NCBI GenBank assembly: GCA_021741145.1
Contig: JAIOYK010000002.1
Span: 100,170-164,169, forward strand
Reading direction: 5' to 3'
Length of the DNA stretch: 64,000 bases
Origin: Rhodospirillum sp.
Lineage (GTDB): Bacteria; Pseudomonadota; Alphaproteobacteria; Rhodospirillales; Rhodospirillaceae
How positions within the stretch are numbered: position 1 is the stretch's first letter; each line of letters starts with the position of its first letter. Made by a program: the position numbers and the translations under genes. Of this stretch, positions 1-8,803 are shown in pieces. The notes beneath the pieces are model-generated. The model was not told where the DNA came from, ran no database searches, and saw nothing but the letters and a program-made list of their open reading frames with translations.

Positions 1-164
1 AGACCGCCGTAGCGCTTGGCCACCTTGTCGGCGTCGACGGAGACATCAATGGCCACGACCTTGGCGCCACGCTCCAGCAGGGTCTTGACGAATTGGAAGC
101 CCAGTTGGCCCACGCCGCCGGTGACCACCACCACGCGGTCTTTCACGTCGAACAGATCGGACAT
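1..164 (-). CDS. short-chain dehydrogenase/reductase (SDR), N-terminal fragment; gene runs off the left edge
   Basis: Manual reverse translation from the ATG at 164-162 gives MSDLFDVKDRVVVVTGGVGQLGFQFVKTLLERGAKVVAIDVSVDADKVAKRYGG. This is a TGGxGxxG Rossmann start. The fragment is too short to appear in the ORF track. Confidence 0.6.
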   Translation of the reverse strand, partial: MSDLFDVKDRVVVVTGGVGQLGFQFVKTLLERGAKVVAIDVSVDADKVAKRYGG

Positions 165-236
165 CTTGTTTCCTAACACCCGTTGGCGGGTCGGGATCCG
201 ACGGGCGTCGGCCCTGACCTCCGTTTCTTCATTTCC

Positions 237-298
237 GAAGAAGGACCAAGGACCTTCTTCATTTCATCTCGGAAGAGGGACCAAGGACACTCTTCCGA
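237..298. repeat. two adjacent related hairpins between gmd and the SDR gene
   Basis: GAAGAAGG-n8-CCTTCTTC (237-260) and TCGGAAGAG-n12-CTCTTCCGA (269-298). Both loops contain GGACCAAGGAC and both units are preceded by CTTCATTTC. There is no U-run after either hairpin on the transcribed (minus) strand. Confidence 0.7.
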
Positions 299-306
299 GA
301 TGTGGC

Positions 307-1458
<1,152 letters not shown>

Positions 1459-1513
1459 CTACTGTCTCGGGAAGGGATGGACAAGCCGGGAACTGGCCCG
1501 CCGGTTCATCCTC

Positions 1514-2464
1514 CTATACCTTCATGCGGGCCGCTGGAATGCGGTTGTCGGCTTCCAGCAATTGGTCCACCAACTTGCCCCAGCTGAAGCTCTCCGCGGC
1601 GACCTTGCCCGCCTCGGCGATACGGGCAAGCACGTTCGGATCCGTCGGCAGGTCCTCGAGCTGGTTGATGTCCAGCACCGTCTCCATGTGCTTGTACACT
1701 GGGGGCGAGTTTTCATCGAGGTTGGTGATAACCACCGCGCCGGCGCTCAAGGCCGTGTGCAGGCTGGTGTTGTTGGCCCGCACGCCCTTGGGGAAGAAGG
1801 CCGCGAAAAAGGTCGTGGTCTGGAGATAGTGGTTCACCGCGGTGTCGGAGATGAACCCCAGGAAGTGGACGGGGCCGTCGTAATTGGAGCGGATCCCCTT
1901 CACCGCGCCGGTGAAGGCGCTTTCGATGGCCGTGCCCTCGTGCAGGGCGGTCGACAGGTACAGGGAGTGGCTTTTTCCCGTCTTGTTCAGCAGGGCTTCC
2001 AGTGCGCGGTAGTTGTCGCCGCGCACCTTGTGGGCCATGCCGAAGGTGAAGACGGAGATATCCGTCGGCGTAAAATCGTCCACGTCGAACAGGACGCCCG
2101 GGCACCAGCTTTCCACCACGTCCGGGCAAATGGGTTTCAGGCGGTTGGCCAACTCCACATTGCCCACGTAGACGATGTCGGATTCCGCGATCAACTTGTG
2201 CTCGATGGGGGTGTCATCATAGGCGTGCAGGAACAGACGCAGGGACTGGGTGGCGGGACGGTCGTCCAGGAAGCGCTCCAGGTCCCGGGCATGGGCCTTG
2301 GTGAACTCGCTGATCTTGATCGACAGCAAGGGGCGGCTCATGCGCGCCACCGATGGGTCGAACAGGGACAGGTGGGGAACGGCCAGTTCCTCGGCGAGCG
2401 CCTGATTGAACTTGGCGATGCCGCAGGACAGCGGATTCAAGTGATAGCCGACGATGCAATCCAT
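1514..2464 (-). CDS. putative divergent GT-B-fold glycosyltransferase-like protein
   Basis: 316-aa soluble ORF in the glycan operon. The C-terminal FFAAFFPKGVRANNTSLHTALSAGAVVITN resembles the GT4-type donor-binding region but lacks the usual EX7E glutamates. I could not assign a family by eye. Confidence 0.45.
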   Translation of the reverse strand: MDCIVGYHLNPLSCGIAKFNQALAEELAVPHLSLFDPSVARMSRPLLSIKISEFTKAHARDLERFLDDRPATQSLRLFLHAYDDTPIEHKLIAESDIVYVGNVELANRLKPICPDVVESWCPGVLFDVDDFTPTDISVFTFGMAHKVRGDNYRALEALLNKTGKSHSLYLSTALHEGTAIESAFTGAVKGIRSNYDGPVHFLGFISDTAVNHYLQTTTFFAAFFPKGVRANNTSLHTALSAGAVVITNLDENSPPVYKHMETVLDINQLEDLPTDPNVLARIAEAGKVAAESFSWGKLVDQLLEADNRIPAARMKV

Positions 2465-2534
2465 GGGAAGAGTCCGGTTCGTCCGTGTCGTGGAAATGGG
2501 GAAACAGTCGGGCGGGTTTTCCCGCCCGGACCGG

Positions 2535-3713
2535 TTACAGGACGGGCTTGGCCTTTTCGTAGACCAGCACGCGACCGACGTTGCGCCAATCCATCTTGGC
2601 TTCCAGATCCGGACGGCGCTTGAAGCCCTGTAGGTTGAACATCAGGCGCAGCATATCCTTGTTCATGCAGTTGATATGCGTCGGATCCACATGGAATTCC
2701 GTGGTCACGTCGAACAGGGACCGAGGCTCCGGATGGAAGCGGGTGGTGACGTAGATGTATTTGTTGGAAATTCGGCAGAGGTTCTCCACGGCCTTTTGAA
2801 CCTGCAGCACGGTCAGGTGCTCGAACACCTCGCGGCAGATGATCAGGTCGTAGGCGTTCGCGGGCAGGTCGATGTCGATGATGGAGCCGATCTTGATCTT
2901 GTCGGCCACTTCCTTGGGAGCGATGTCCTTCGACGCCTGGGAGAAATCGACGCCATCGGCATCCACGCCCACTTCCTGGAGCAAGTACATCAAGGCACCA
3001 GGGCCGCAGCCCATGTCGATGGCCTTGGTGGGCTTGAAGGTGTCCGCGATCAGCCGTGGGTTTTTTCCTTCGATGGGGCGTCGTGCCTCGACAGTGTAGC
3101 TGTTGTTTTCGGCTCTCCAGGTATCGTTGAAGTACTCTTCCGAGTAATCGTCCGCGTTGGTTTGTTCCTGAGTCAACAGGAACGTCTCGAAATCCTCGAG
3201 GTCGCCGGGCATTCCGGAGTTGCGGAGGAAGGATTTCAGCAGGTCCGAGGAGCTGTCCAGGACCGTATCCAAATAGACGATCTCAATCCCGAACTCCTGG
3301 CATGCGGCGACCTCGCCCGCGGGAAGGCCTCGGCTTTCCCAATCCTTGCCCTTCACGTAATATTTAGGCTTGAGGTGGCGCAGGACATCCTCGGTCGTTT
3401 TTCCGTTGATGTGCGTATAGGTCACGGGCTTTAGGGCGTCGATGACCTGGGCGCGCTTTTCCTGCGCCAGGAACGGGGGGTGCTTGCTTTTTACATAACC
3501 ATCGCCCGTGATGCTCACCAGCAACGGAACACCGAGTTTCGCGGCCTCCGTGAAATAAGCCGTATGGCCGTGATGCAAGGGGTCGAATCCGCCATCAACC
3601 ATGGCGACGCCTCCCTGATACCCAGGTAGGTCCTCGAAATTCAAAAGCATGCGACGCATCCGAAACTGTGGTATGAGCCGGTCCTTATAACGGAATGTCT
3701 TGGGTCCCGCCAC
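2535..3713 (-). CDS. bifunctional-looking cytidylyl/adenylyltransferase (HxGH family) fused to a class I SAM-dependent methyltransferase
   Basis: The N-terminal VAMVDGGFDPLHHGHTAYF carries an HxGH nucleotidyltransferase signature of the TagD/RfaE-domain-II type. The C-terminal half has AIDMGCGPGALMYLL (SAM motif I) and DLIICREVFEHL. Alternative starts lie at 3659 and 3650 (MRRM). Confidence 0.75.
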   Translation of the reverse strand: MAGPKTFRYKDRLIPQFRMRRMLLNFEDLPGYQGGVAMVDGGFDPLHHGHTAYFTEAAKLGVPLLVSITGDGYVKSKHPPFLAQEKRAQVIDALKPVTYTHINGKTTEDVLRHLKPKYYVKGKDWESRGLPAGEVAACQEFGIEIVYLDTVLDSSSDLLKSFLRNSGMPGDLEDFETFLLTQEQTNADDYSEEYFNDTWRAENNSYTVEARRPIEGKNPRLIADTFKPTKAIDMGCGPGALMYLLQEVGVDADGVDFSQASKDIAPKEVADKIKIGSIIDIDLPANAYDLIICREVFEHLTVLQVQKAVENLCRISNKYIYVTTRFHPEPRSLFDVTTEFHVDPTHINCMNKDMLRLMFNLQGFKRRPDLEAKMDWRNVGRVLVYEKAKPVL

Positions 3714-3745
3714 ACACTTAAGCGGTGGGGTTCTAATCTTTCGTC

Positions 3746-5092
3746 ATGGCGGAATCCGATCCTCTCGATCGGAAACCTTTGTATTTGGTGGGTGGCGTGA
3801 TGGGGACGATGGGCCGGATGGAACGCGCGATCAGAACGTCATTGGTCCGTCTGGCCTTGACCCGCGCGGCTCCCGACGAGGCCCTGGCCGTCGCGCGGCG
3901 TGGTCTGGATGCCGCCCTGAGCAAGAAGGTCCGACCGCGGCGTCTGTGGGAGCACCTGACCGAAACCCTCCGCCAGGGTCTGCTTGCCTCGCCCCCCGAG
4001 CGTCGGGCCGCGCTGCTGGCGGGCGCGGTGGAGGAGGCCGTACCCGGCTTCGAAGGGGACCGGGAGAGCCTTTACAGTCTTTACCGGCGGCTCGTTGACT
4101 TGGGCACGGCTCCCACGTCCCTGGAGCCCGCGCCCACCCAGTTCGAGGTGAGGGCTGGGGCGGGGGACACCCTGGTCGTTGGTCCTTGGACCATGGAAGT
4201 CGGTTTTGAATTGCTATACTGGATCCCGTTTCTGCGCGCCAAGCTGGCGGAATCTGGTCCGGGCACCGATCGGATCACCGCCGTTGGGCGGGGCATCGCC
4301 CCCAGCTGGTACGAAGGGATCGCCGACAATACCGTCGACATCCTTGATCATTGGACTCCAGAAACCTTTCGGGACCGTGTGGAAGCCCAGGTCCGAAACG
4401 GCGGTCTGCGGAAGCCCTTCGGCATGGGAGACTTGGAACGGGATCTTTTGACCGATATTCTGGGATCCCCACCGGAGGATGGGACCTATGAGCTGATCGC
4501 CCCACCCACCCTATTCGCCCGTTTTCGGAATGTCTGGGGAAGCCGTATCGCCGGTCCCGGGGTTATCGAACACCTTCGGTTCGCGTCGGTAACCCCCCCC
4601 CCGCCGCCAGTTGGTCTGCCATCGGAGCCCTTTTTGACGGCGAAACTCTACTTTTCCGAAGCGTTCCCGGACACGGAGCGGAATCGGGCTTTCCTGCGGG
4701 ATGTCCTGGATGGCGCGCGGAGCGAAATGCCTGTTGTGCTCCTCGGTCTGCCCGACCGGTTGGACGATCACCAGTCCTTCCGCCTTGATGCTCCCGGTCT
4801 CATCGATGGGACTGTTTTCTATGGCAGCAAGGGAAATCTGGAGGTTCAAACCGCCATTGTGGGGGCGTCCCGAGGGTTGATCTCCGTCTACGGCGGTTTC
4901 ACCTATCTGGGGGGGCTATTGGGAAAGCCGGGACTGGCATTGGTGGATGATGCCTCCGAAGTCAATCCGGTCCATTTTGCCGTGGAGCATGCCATGCTTT
5001 CGGCCCTTGGGGCCCCCGGCCGGATCCTGCTTCCACCCGGCACCGGGGGTGGGGGCGTGGCCGGGGCCTTCGCGGTTGGGGTCAAAGAGTGA
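3746..5092 (+). CDS. uncharacterised protein; last ~300 aa paralogous to the C-terminal half of ORF 52713-55283
   Basis: 448-aa ORF. Shared blocks with the other copy are VVGPWTMEVGFELLYWIPFLR / IIGPWMSEVGFEILYWIPLVR, SWYEGI / RWYEGI, FSEAFPDTERNRAFLRDVL / YSRETFADTNENRDFVRGVL and NLEVQTAIVGASRGLISVYGGFTYLGGLLGKPGLAL / NLDVQTRIIAKSRGFIGTYGGLSYIAPLVGRPAFAF. Confidence 0.6.
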   Translation: MAESDPLDRKPLYLVGGVMGTMGRMERAIRTSLVRLALTRAAPDEALAVARRGLDAALSKKVRPRRLWEHLTETLRQGLLASPPERRAALLAGAVEEAVPGFEGDRESLYSLYRRLVDLGTAPTSLEPAPTQFEVRAGAGDTLVVGPWTMEVGFELLYWIPFLRAKLAESGPGTDRITAVGRGIAPSWYEGIADNTVDILDHWTPETFRDRVEAQVRNGGLRKPFGMGDLERDLLTDILGSPPEDGTYELIAPPTLFARFRNVWGSRIAGPGVIEHLRFASVTPPPPPVGLPSEPFLTAKLYFSEAFPDTERNRAFLRDVLDGARSEMPVVLLGLPDRLDDHQSFRLDAPGLIDGTVFYGSKGNLEVQTAIVGASRGLISVYGGFTYLGGLLGKPGLALVDDASEVNPVHFAVEHAMLSALGAPGRILLPPGTGGGGVAGAFAVGVKE

Positions 5093-5292
5093 CGAAGAGG
5101 AAGCGCGGGGTCCCAAGGAACGGTGGGAGGGGTTGAACGGCTTCCCCTTTCGTGGAAATCCCAAAAGACGTCGTGTTTGATATGTGGGACAACCGCTCCG
5201 CTGGCGAGTCCATGGTCCCTGCTGGTGGGCGTGACGGTAATAATGGATCTTCTTCGTTCTGGACGAAGAAAGCAACTAGGGTAGGATACGTG

Positions 5293-6435
5293 ATGCTGAC
5301 CTCCGCTCGGATTCTTTCTCTTATCGAAGAGAAAAGAAGTTCCCAACAGTACAGGAATTATCTGACTGTCCGTGACGCGGTTCTGAAGATGCGGGAGGTA
5401 CCGCTGGAGCGCATTCCGGAAACCGCGCTCCCCAGCGCCTATTGGACAGAAGAACTGTCACGTTTTCTGTATATGTTCGACGCGTCGCCCCTTGTCATCG
5501 ATCAATTGCGTCACCACACCTATCATATTACGGGTATCCAGGTTTATGGCTATCGGACGGGCGCCAGTTCCGCGCCCCTATTCGCCGAGAAACTGGAAGC
5601 CTTGAAGCGATTGGATGAGACGGGTTTGTTCGTTCCCGAGGCGGAGAACCTGGGGGGCTTTGGCCATTTAATCGATGGCCAACTCGTCAATATTGATACG
5701 CTGAAATATTATGAATCGATGGTCGCGATGGGGCGTGGTGGCGCGCTGGAGGCTTTTGGTGGTGAGATGCGCCGGACGGTCATGGAGATCGGTTCGGGAT
5801 GGGGCGGTCTGGCCCATGTGTTCAAGAGGCTGTTCCCCAACACGACTTACATTTGCGTCGATCTGGCCGAATTGTTCCTGTTTTCAGCCACCTATCTGAT
5901 GTCCGTGTTCCCCGAGGCGAAGGTTGCCTTCCTGGACGCGGACGGCAATGGGGTGGAAGGGGCTTGGTCGGATTACGACTTCATCTTCGTGCCCAATACA
6001 CTAGCGCATGAGATCAAGGGGGAGTCCCTGGACCTGTGCATGAACACGGTGTCCTTCCAGGAGATGACCACGGCGCAAGTGACGGAGTATGTCGCCCTTG
6101 CCGACCGACTGGGTGCCCCCCTTCTGTATAGTCTCAACAGGAAGCGGTCGGTCTATTCGACCGAACTGACCGATGTGCACGAAATCATCGGCGAACGCTA
6201 CGATACCACCGAAATTCCAATGCTGCCCGTTCCCTATACGAAGATGATGGATAGTCTTCGTAAGAAGGAAAAGGTGAAAGAAAAGAAGGAAAAGGGTGAT
6301 AAGAAAGAAAAGGTAAAGTTTGAAGTTGATAAGGGCGGTCTCTCTCTGGAAAAATCCGCTATCTCCGCCGCTAAAGCCGAAAAGGAAAGCATGAACTATA
6401 AGCACGTTGTCGGTCGACGCAAAATTGTAAGCTGA
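5293..6435 (+). CDS. class I SAM-dependent methyltransferase (sugar O-methyltransferase-like) with Lys/Glu-rich C-terminal tail
   Basis: VMEIGSGWGGLAHVF is a glycine-rich SAM motif I, followed by ICVDLAE and a later NTVSFQEM block. The start is moved to the ATG at 5293, which has AGGA 6 nt upstream. The gene is visibly lower in G+C than its flanks. Confidence 0.7.
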   Translation: MLTSARILSLIEEKRSSQQYRNYLTVRDAVLKMREVPLERIPETALPSAYWTEELSRFLYMFDASPLVIDQLRHHTYHITGIQVYGYRTGASSAPLFAEKLEALKRLDETGLFVPEAENLGGFGHLIDGQLVNIDTLKYYESMVAMGRGGALEAFGGEMRRTVMEIGSGWGGLAHVFKRLFPNTTYICVDLAELFLFSATYLMSVFPEAKVAFLDADGNGVEGAWSDYDFIFVPNTLAHEIKGESLDLCMNTVSFQEMTTAQVTEYVALADRLGAPLLYSLNRKRSVYSTELTDVHEIIGERYDTTEIPMLPVPYTKMMDSLRKKEKVKEKKEKGDKKEKVKFEVDKGGLSLEKSAISAAKAEKESMNYKHVVGRRKIVS

Positions 6436-7030
6436 GAATGGATTGGGTCAAGAATAGAGGAGACTCTGGTCGGATCGAATCCATTCGCGATGAATTTGCC
6501 GCCGTTCGGGGCGAGCGGCTTTCCGAGTACGAGAGATGCTCGGCTTCGCCGCTCGACGGCCGAGGGAGCTGAACTTGGATGGCAAGATGGGCGCGGCCCG
6601 TGGGCGAGCGTTCAGGGGATCGCTTGGCCTCGGCACGATGGCTCCCGGGACAGGACTTGGGAAACCAAGGTGGGACACCGATTGACCCGTGCAGTCCGAA
6701 GAAGGACGCAAGAACCTGCCCCCGCCAAGGCAGGAACACCCCTGCTCGGACGTCATGGAGGCAAGGCGTATGGGCGAGAAGGCGCTTAGCACGGTCTTCC
6801 GGAGAGCCTAAATCCCCGGGATTTCCATGGTGAATAGCCTGGACCTGGACTCTGGTCCCGGATCCGGGACCCGAACGGAGTGTGCTGGGCGGTCGCGCGC
6901 GGGCGTGAATGGTGAACCCGGATGCCGGGTTATACCAAGGTGCATGGGTCGAAACCCAAGCCCCTTGTATCACGTTCAAACGCCATACGGGCTTAACGCG
7001 CCATGGGGCGCGGGGCCGGTCAGCCGCTTC

Positions 7031-7063
7031 CAGCCCGCGATGAGTCACGCTCATCGCGGGCTG
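7031..7063. terminator. GC-rich hairpin directly after the stop of the KdsC-like gene
   Basis: CAGCCCGCGATGAG-n5-CTCATCGCGGGCTG forms a 14-bp stem and ends 4 nt from the TAA at 7067-7069. No clear U-tract follows on either strand, so it is terminator-like only. Confidence 0.4.
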
Positions 7064-7066
7064 GTA

Positions 7067-7606
7067 TTAGCCGGATTGGGGTTCCGTCTCCCTCACCCGC
7101 GCGAGACTATCACAAACCTCGCGAACGGCGCCCCGTCCCCCAAGCCATTGGGTCACGTAGCGAGCATATTCCATCACGTCGGGATGACCATCCCGGACGA
7201 CAATGGGCAGGCCTACGGCGCGCAGGCAATCCAAGTCATTAATGTCATTGCCCACGTAGGCCACGGCTTCCAGGCCGATGTTTCGTTCGGCGCAGAGGGT
7301 CTTCAGGGCGGGCAACTTGTTCTCGACCCCCTGGGTCGCTTGAATCTTGAGCTTGGCGGCCCGGGCGGCCACCACCGGATTGACCTCGGTGGAAAGGATC
7401 ATGCATTCGATGCCGGTCTTGGTGACGCGGCGCAGCCCATATCCATCCAGGCGCGAGCAGGTGACCGCTTCGCGGCCATCCTCGAACACATGGACGGTAT
7501 TGGCGGTAAAGACACCATCGAAATCGAAGACCAAAAGCCGCAGCCCTCGGATCCGGGCAATCAGGTCCGGATCCGAGGGTGGCGTGACGGGAGTCAGAAC
7601 CGTCAT
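7067..7606 (-). CDS. HAD-superfamily KdsC-type phosphatase (candidate KDN-9-P / Neu5Ac-9-P phosphatase)
   Basis: LLVFDFDGVFT (DxDG motif I), ILSTE (motif II) and VGNDINDLDCL (motif IV) follow the KdsC layout. The start is set to the ATG at 7606 (MTVL), 8 nt downstream of the synthase stop. Confidence 0.8.
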   Translation of the reverse strand: MTVLTPVTPPSDPDLIARIRGLRLLVFDFDGVFTANTVHVFEDGREAVTCSRLDGYGLRRVTKTGIECMILSTEVNPVVAARAAKLKIQATQGVENKLPALKTLCAERNIGLEAVAYVGNDINDLDCLRAVGLPIVVRDGHPDVMEYARYVTQWLGGRGAVREVCDSLARVRETEPQSG

Positions 7607-7613
7607 GGACCGA

Positions 7614-8693
7614 TCAGGACTTCGCCAGATCGACCGGGGCGGTCTCGCCAACGAGTTCGAAGGTCAGGTCTCCGTCCTTCTTCACCGCCGCATTGATGGT
7701 CTTGCCCAGGAAGTCCTCGAAGTAGTAGGGGGGCACGCCATCATTGGGCACTTTGAAGGTGATATCCTCGGCGGTCAGGACATGACCCGCCGGCAGGTCC
7801 CGGTTGGCCACCAGCTTCTTGGCCATCTTGAACAGCGGCTTCTTCTCACTTTCGAAGCACCGCTTGACGCCATCGCCGATGGCGATGCGGGTGCGCTCCA
7901 AGTCACGGACGACCTTCTTCAGGCCAGGGGGTTCAAGAGAGAAGGCCTGGTCCGTCCCCTTCCAGGCGCGGTTCAGGGTGAAGTGCTTTTCGAAAACCCG
8001 CGCGCCGAACATGTAGCCGACGATGGGCATGGCCACGCCGCTGTCGTGACTGGAGAAACCGATCACGATGTCCGGGAAGGCGTTGAAATAGGTCTCGATG
8101 ACCTTCAGGTTCAACTCCTCGTGCTCGGGCGGATAGCCGGAGGTGCACTGCATGATGCAGAGGTTTTGGTTGATCGGCATGATGGCGTCATAAGCACGCT
8201 GGGCATCGGCCATGGTGCCGCCACCGGTGGACACGATCATTGGCTTGCCGAAGCTGGCCACATATTTCAACAGCGGCGTGTTGGTCAGGTCGCCCGAGGC
8301 GATCTTGTAGCCGGAGATGTCGATGTCTTCCAGGAAGTCCGCGGATGGGTGATCGAAGGCGGTGGAGAAAAACAGGACGCCCAGTTCCTCGGCGTACTTC
8401 TTCAGCTCCAGATACTCGTCCCGTCCGAATTCCAGGAACTCGCGGTGCGCGCCGTAGGTGGGGGCGTAGGCGTTCTCGGAGTTGTAAGGGCTATTGTACA
8501 TTTCCTCGGTGAAGAGAGCGCGGTTGTCGCGCTTCTGCAGCTTCACCGCATCGGCGCCCACTTCGGCCGCGGCCTTGAACAAGGCCTTGCACTTTTCCAG
8601 ATCGCCCTGGTGGTTGTGGCCGATTTCGGCGATCACGTAACTGGGGCTGTCCTGGGTGACAACCTTATTGCCAATCTTGAACTCACGCGCCAT
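7614..8693 (-). CDS. neuB: nonulosonic acid synthase of the NeuB family, animal-NANS-like (probable 9-phosphate-forming)
   Basis: IAEIGHNHQGDLEKCK, TYGAHREFLEFGRDEYLELKKYAEELGVLFF, CIMQCTSGYPPEHEELNLKVI, IGFSSHDSG and FEKHFTLNRAWKGTDQAFSLEP. A C-terminal SAF-like domain is present. The blocks resemble human NANS as I recall it more than E. coli NeuB. Confidence 0.9.
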   Translation of the reverse strand: MAREFKIGNKVVTQDSPSYVIAEIGHNHQGDLEKCKALFKAAAEVGADAVKLQKRDNRALFTEEMYNSPYNSENAYAPTYGAHREFLEFGRDEYLELKKYAEELGVLFFSTAFDHPSADFLEDIDISGYKIASGDLTNTPLLKYVASFGKPMIVSTGGGTMADAQRAYDAIMPINQNLCIMQCTSGYPPEHEELNLKVIETYFNAFPDIVIGFSSHDSGVAMPIVGYMFGARVFEKHFTLNRAWKGTDQAFSLEPPGLKKVVRDLERTRIAIGDGVKRCFESEKKPLFKMAKKLVANRDLPAGHVLTAEDITFKVPNDGVPPYYFEDFLGKTINAAVKKDGDLTFELVGETAPVDLAKS

Positions 8694-8753
8694 GGATCGA
8701 AACCTTCTACCTTATCCGTGTCGGTCCCATCATCGGGACTTTGACTCGCACAT

Positions 8754-8803
8754 CCCGCCACCGGGATGATGCCTCTTGTGGCCCGCCACCGGGACGATGC
8801 CTC
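8754..8803. promoter_or_regulatory. two 22-bp direct repeats in the neuB upstream leader
   Basis: CCCGCCACCGGGATGATGCCTC (8754-8775) and CCCGCCACCGGGACGATGCCTC (8782-8803) differ at one position and repeat with a 28-bp period. They lie 60-110 bp upstream of the neuB ATG. Each contains a CCCG-n4-CGGG hairpin core. Confidence 0.3.

Noticed and set aside
6438-6572. 44-aa ORF (MDWVKNRGDSGRIESIRDEFAAVRGERLSEYERCSASPLDGRGS) starting 3 nt after the methyltransferase stop.
   Set aside because: It has no Shine-Dalgarno, only moderate third-position G/C, and it overlaps strong hairpins. It is kept only as a note within the gap finding, not as a feature.
6650-6740. c-di-GMP-I (GEMM-I)-like strings inside the 630-bp gap, GAAACCAAGGUGGGAC and GGACGCAAGAACC, compared with the Vc2 segments GAAAGAGUGGGACGCAAAGCC.
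   Set aside because: Only partial string resemblance is present. The conserved GCAAA and ACGCAAAGCC elements are not intact, and there is no downstream gene on that strand for a riboswitch to control.
6436-7066. RNase P RNA, tmRNA, SRP RNA or a tRNA/tRNA fragment in the gap, for example the T-loop-like GGATCGAATCC at 6473-6483.
   Set aside because: No GGAAAGUCCGGGC-type RNase P core was found on either strand. There is no tmRNA tag reading frame, and only vague similarity to the SRP GGAA/AGCA motif. The T-loop-like string lacks a pairing T-stem and acceptor stem.
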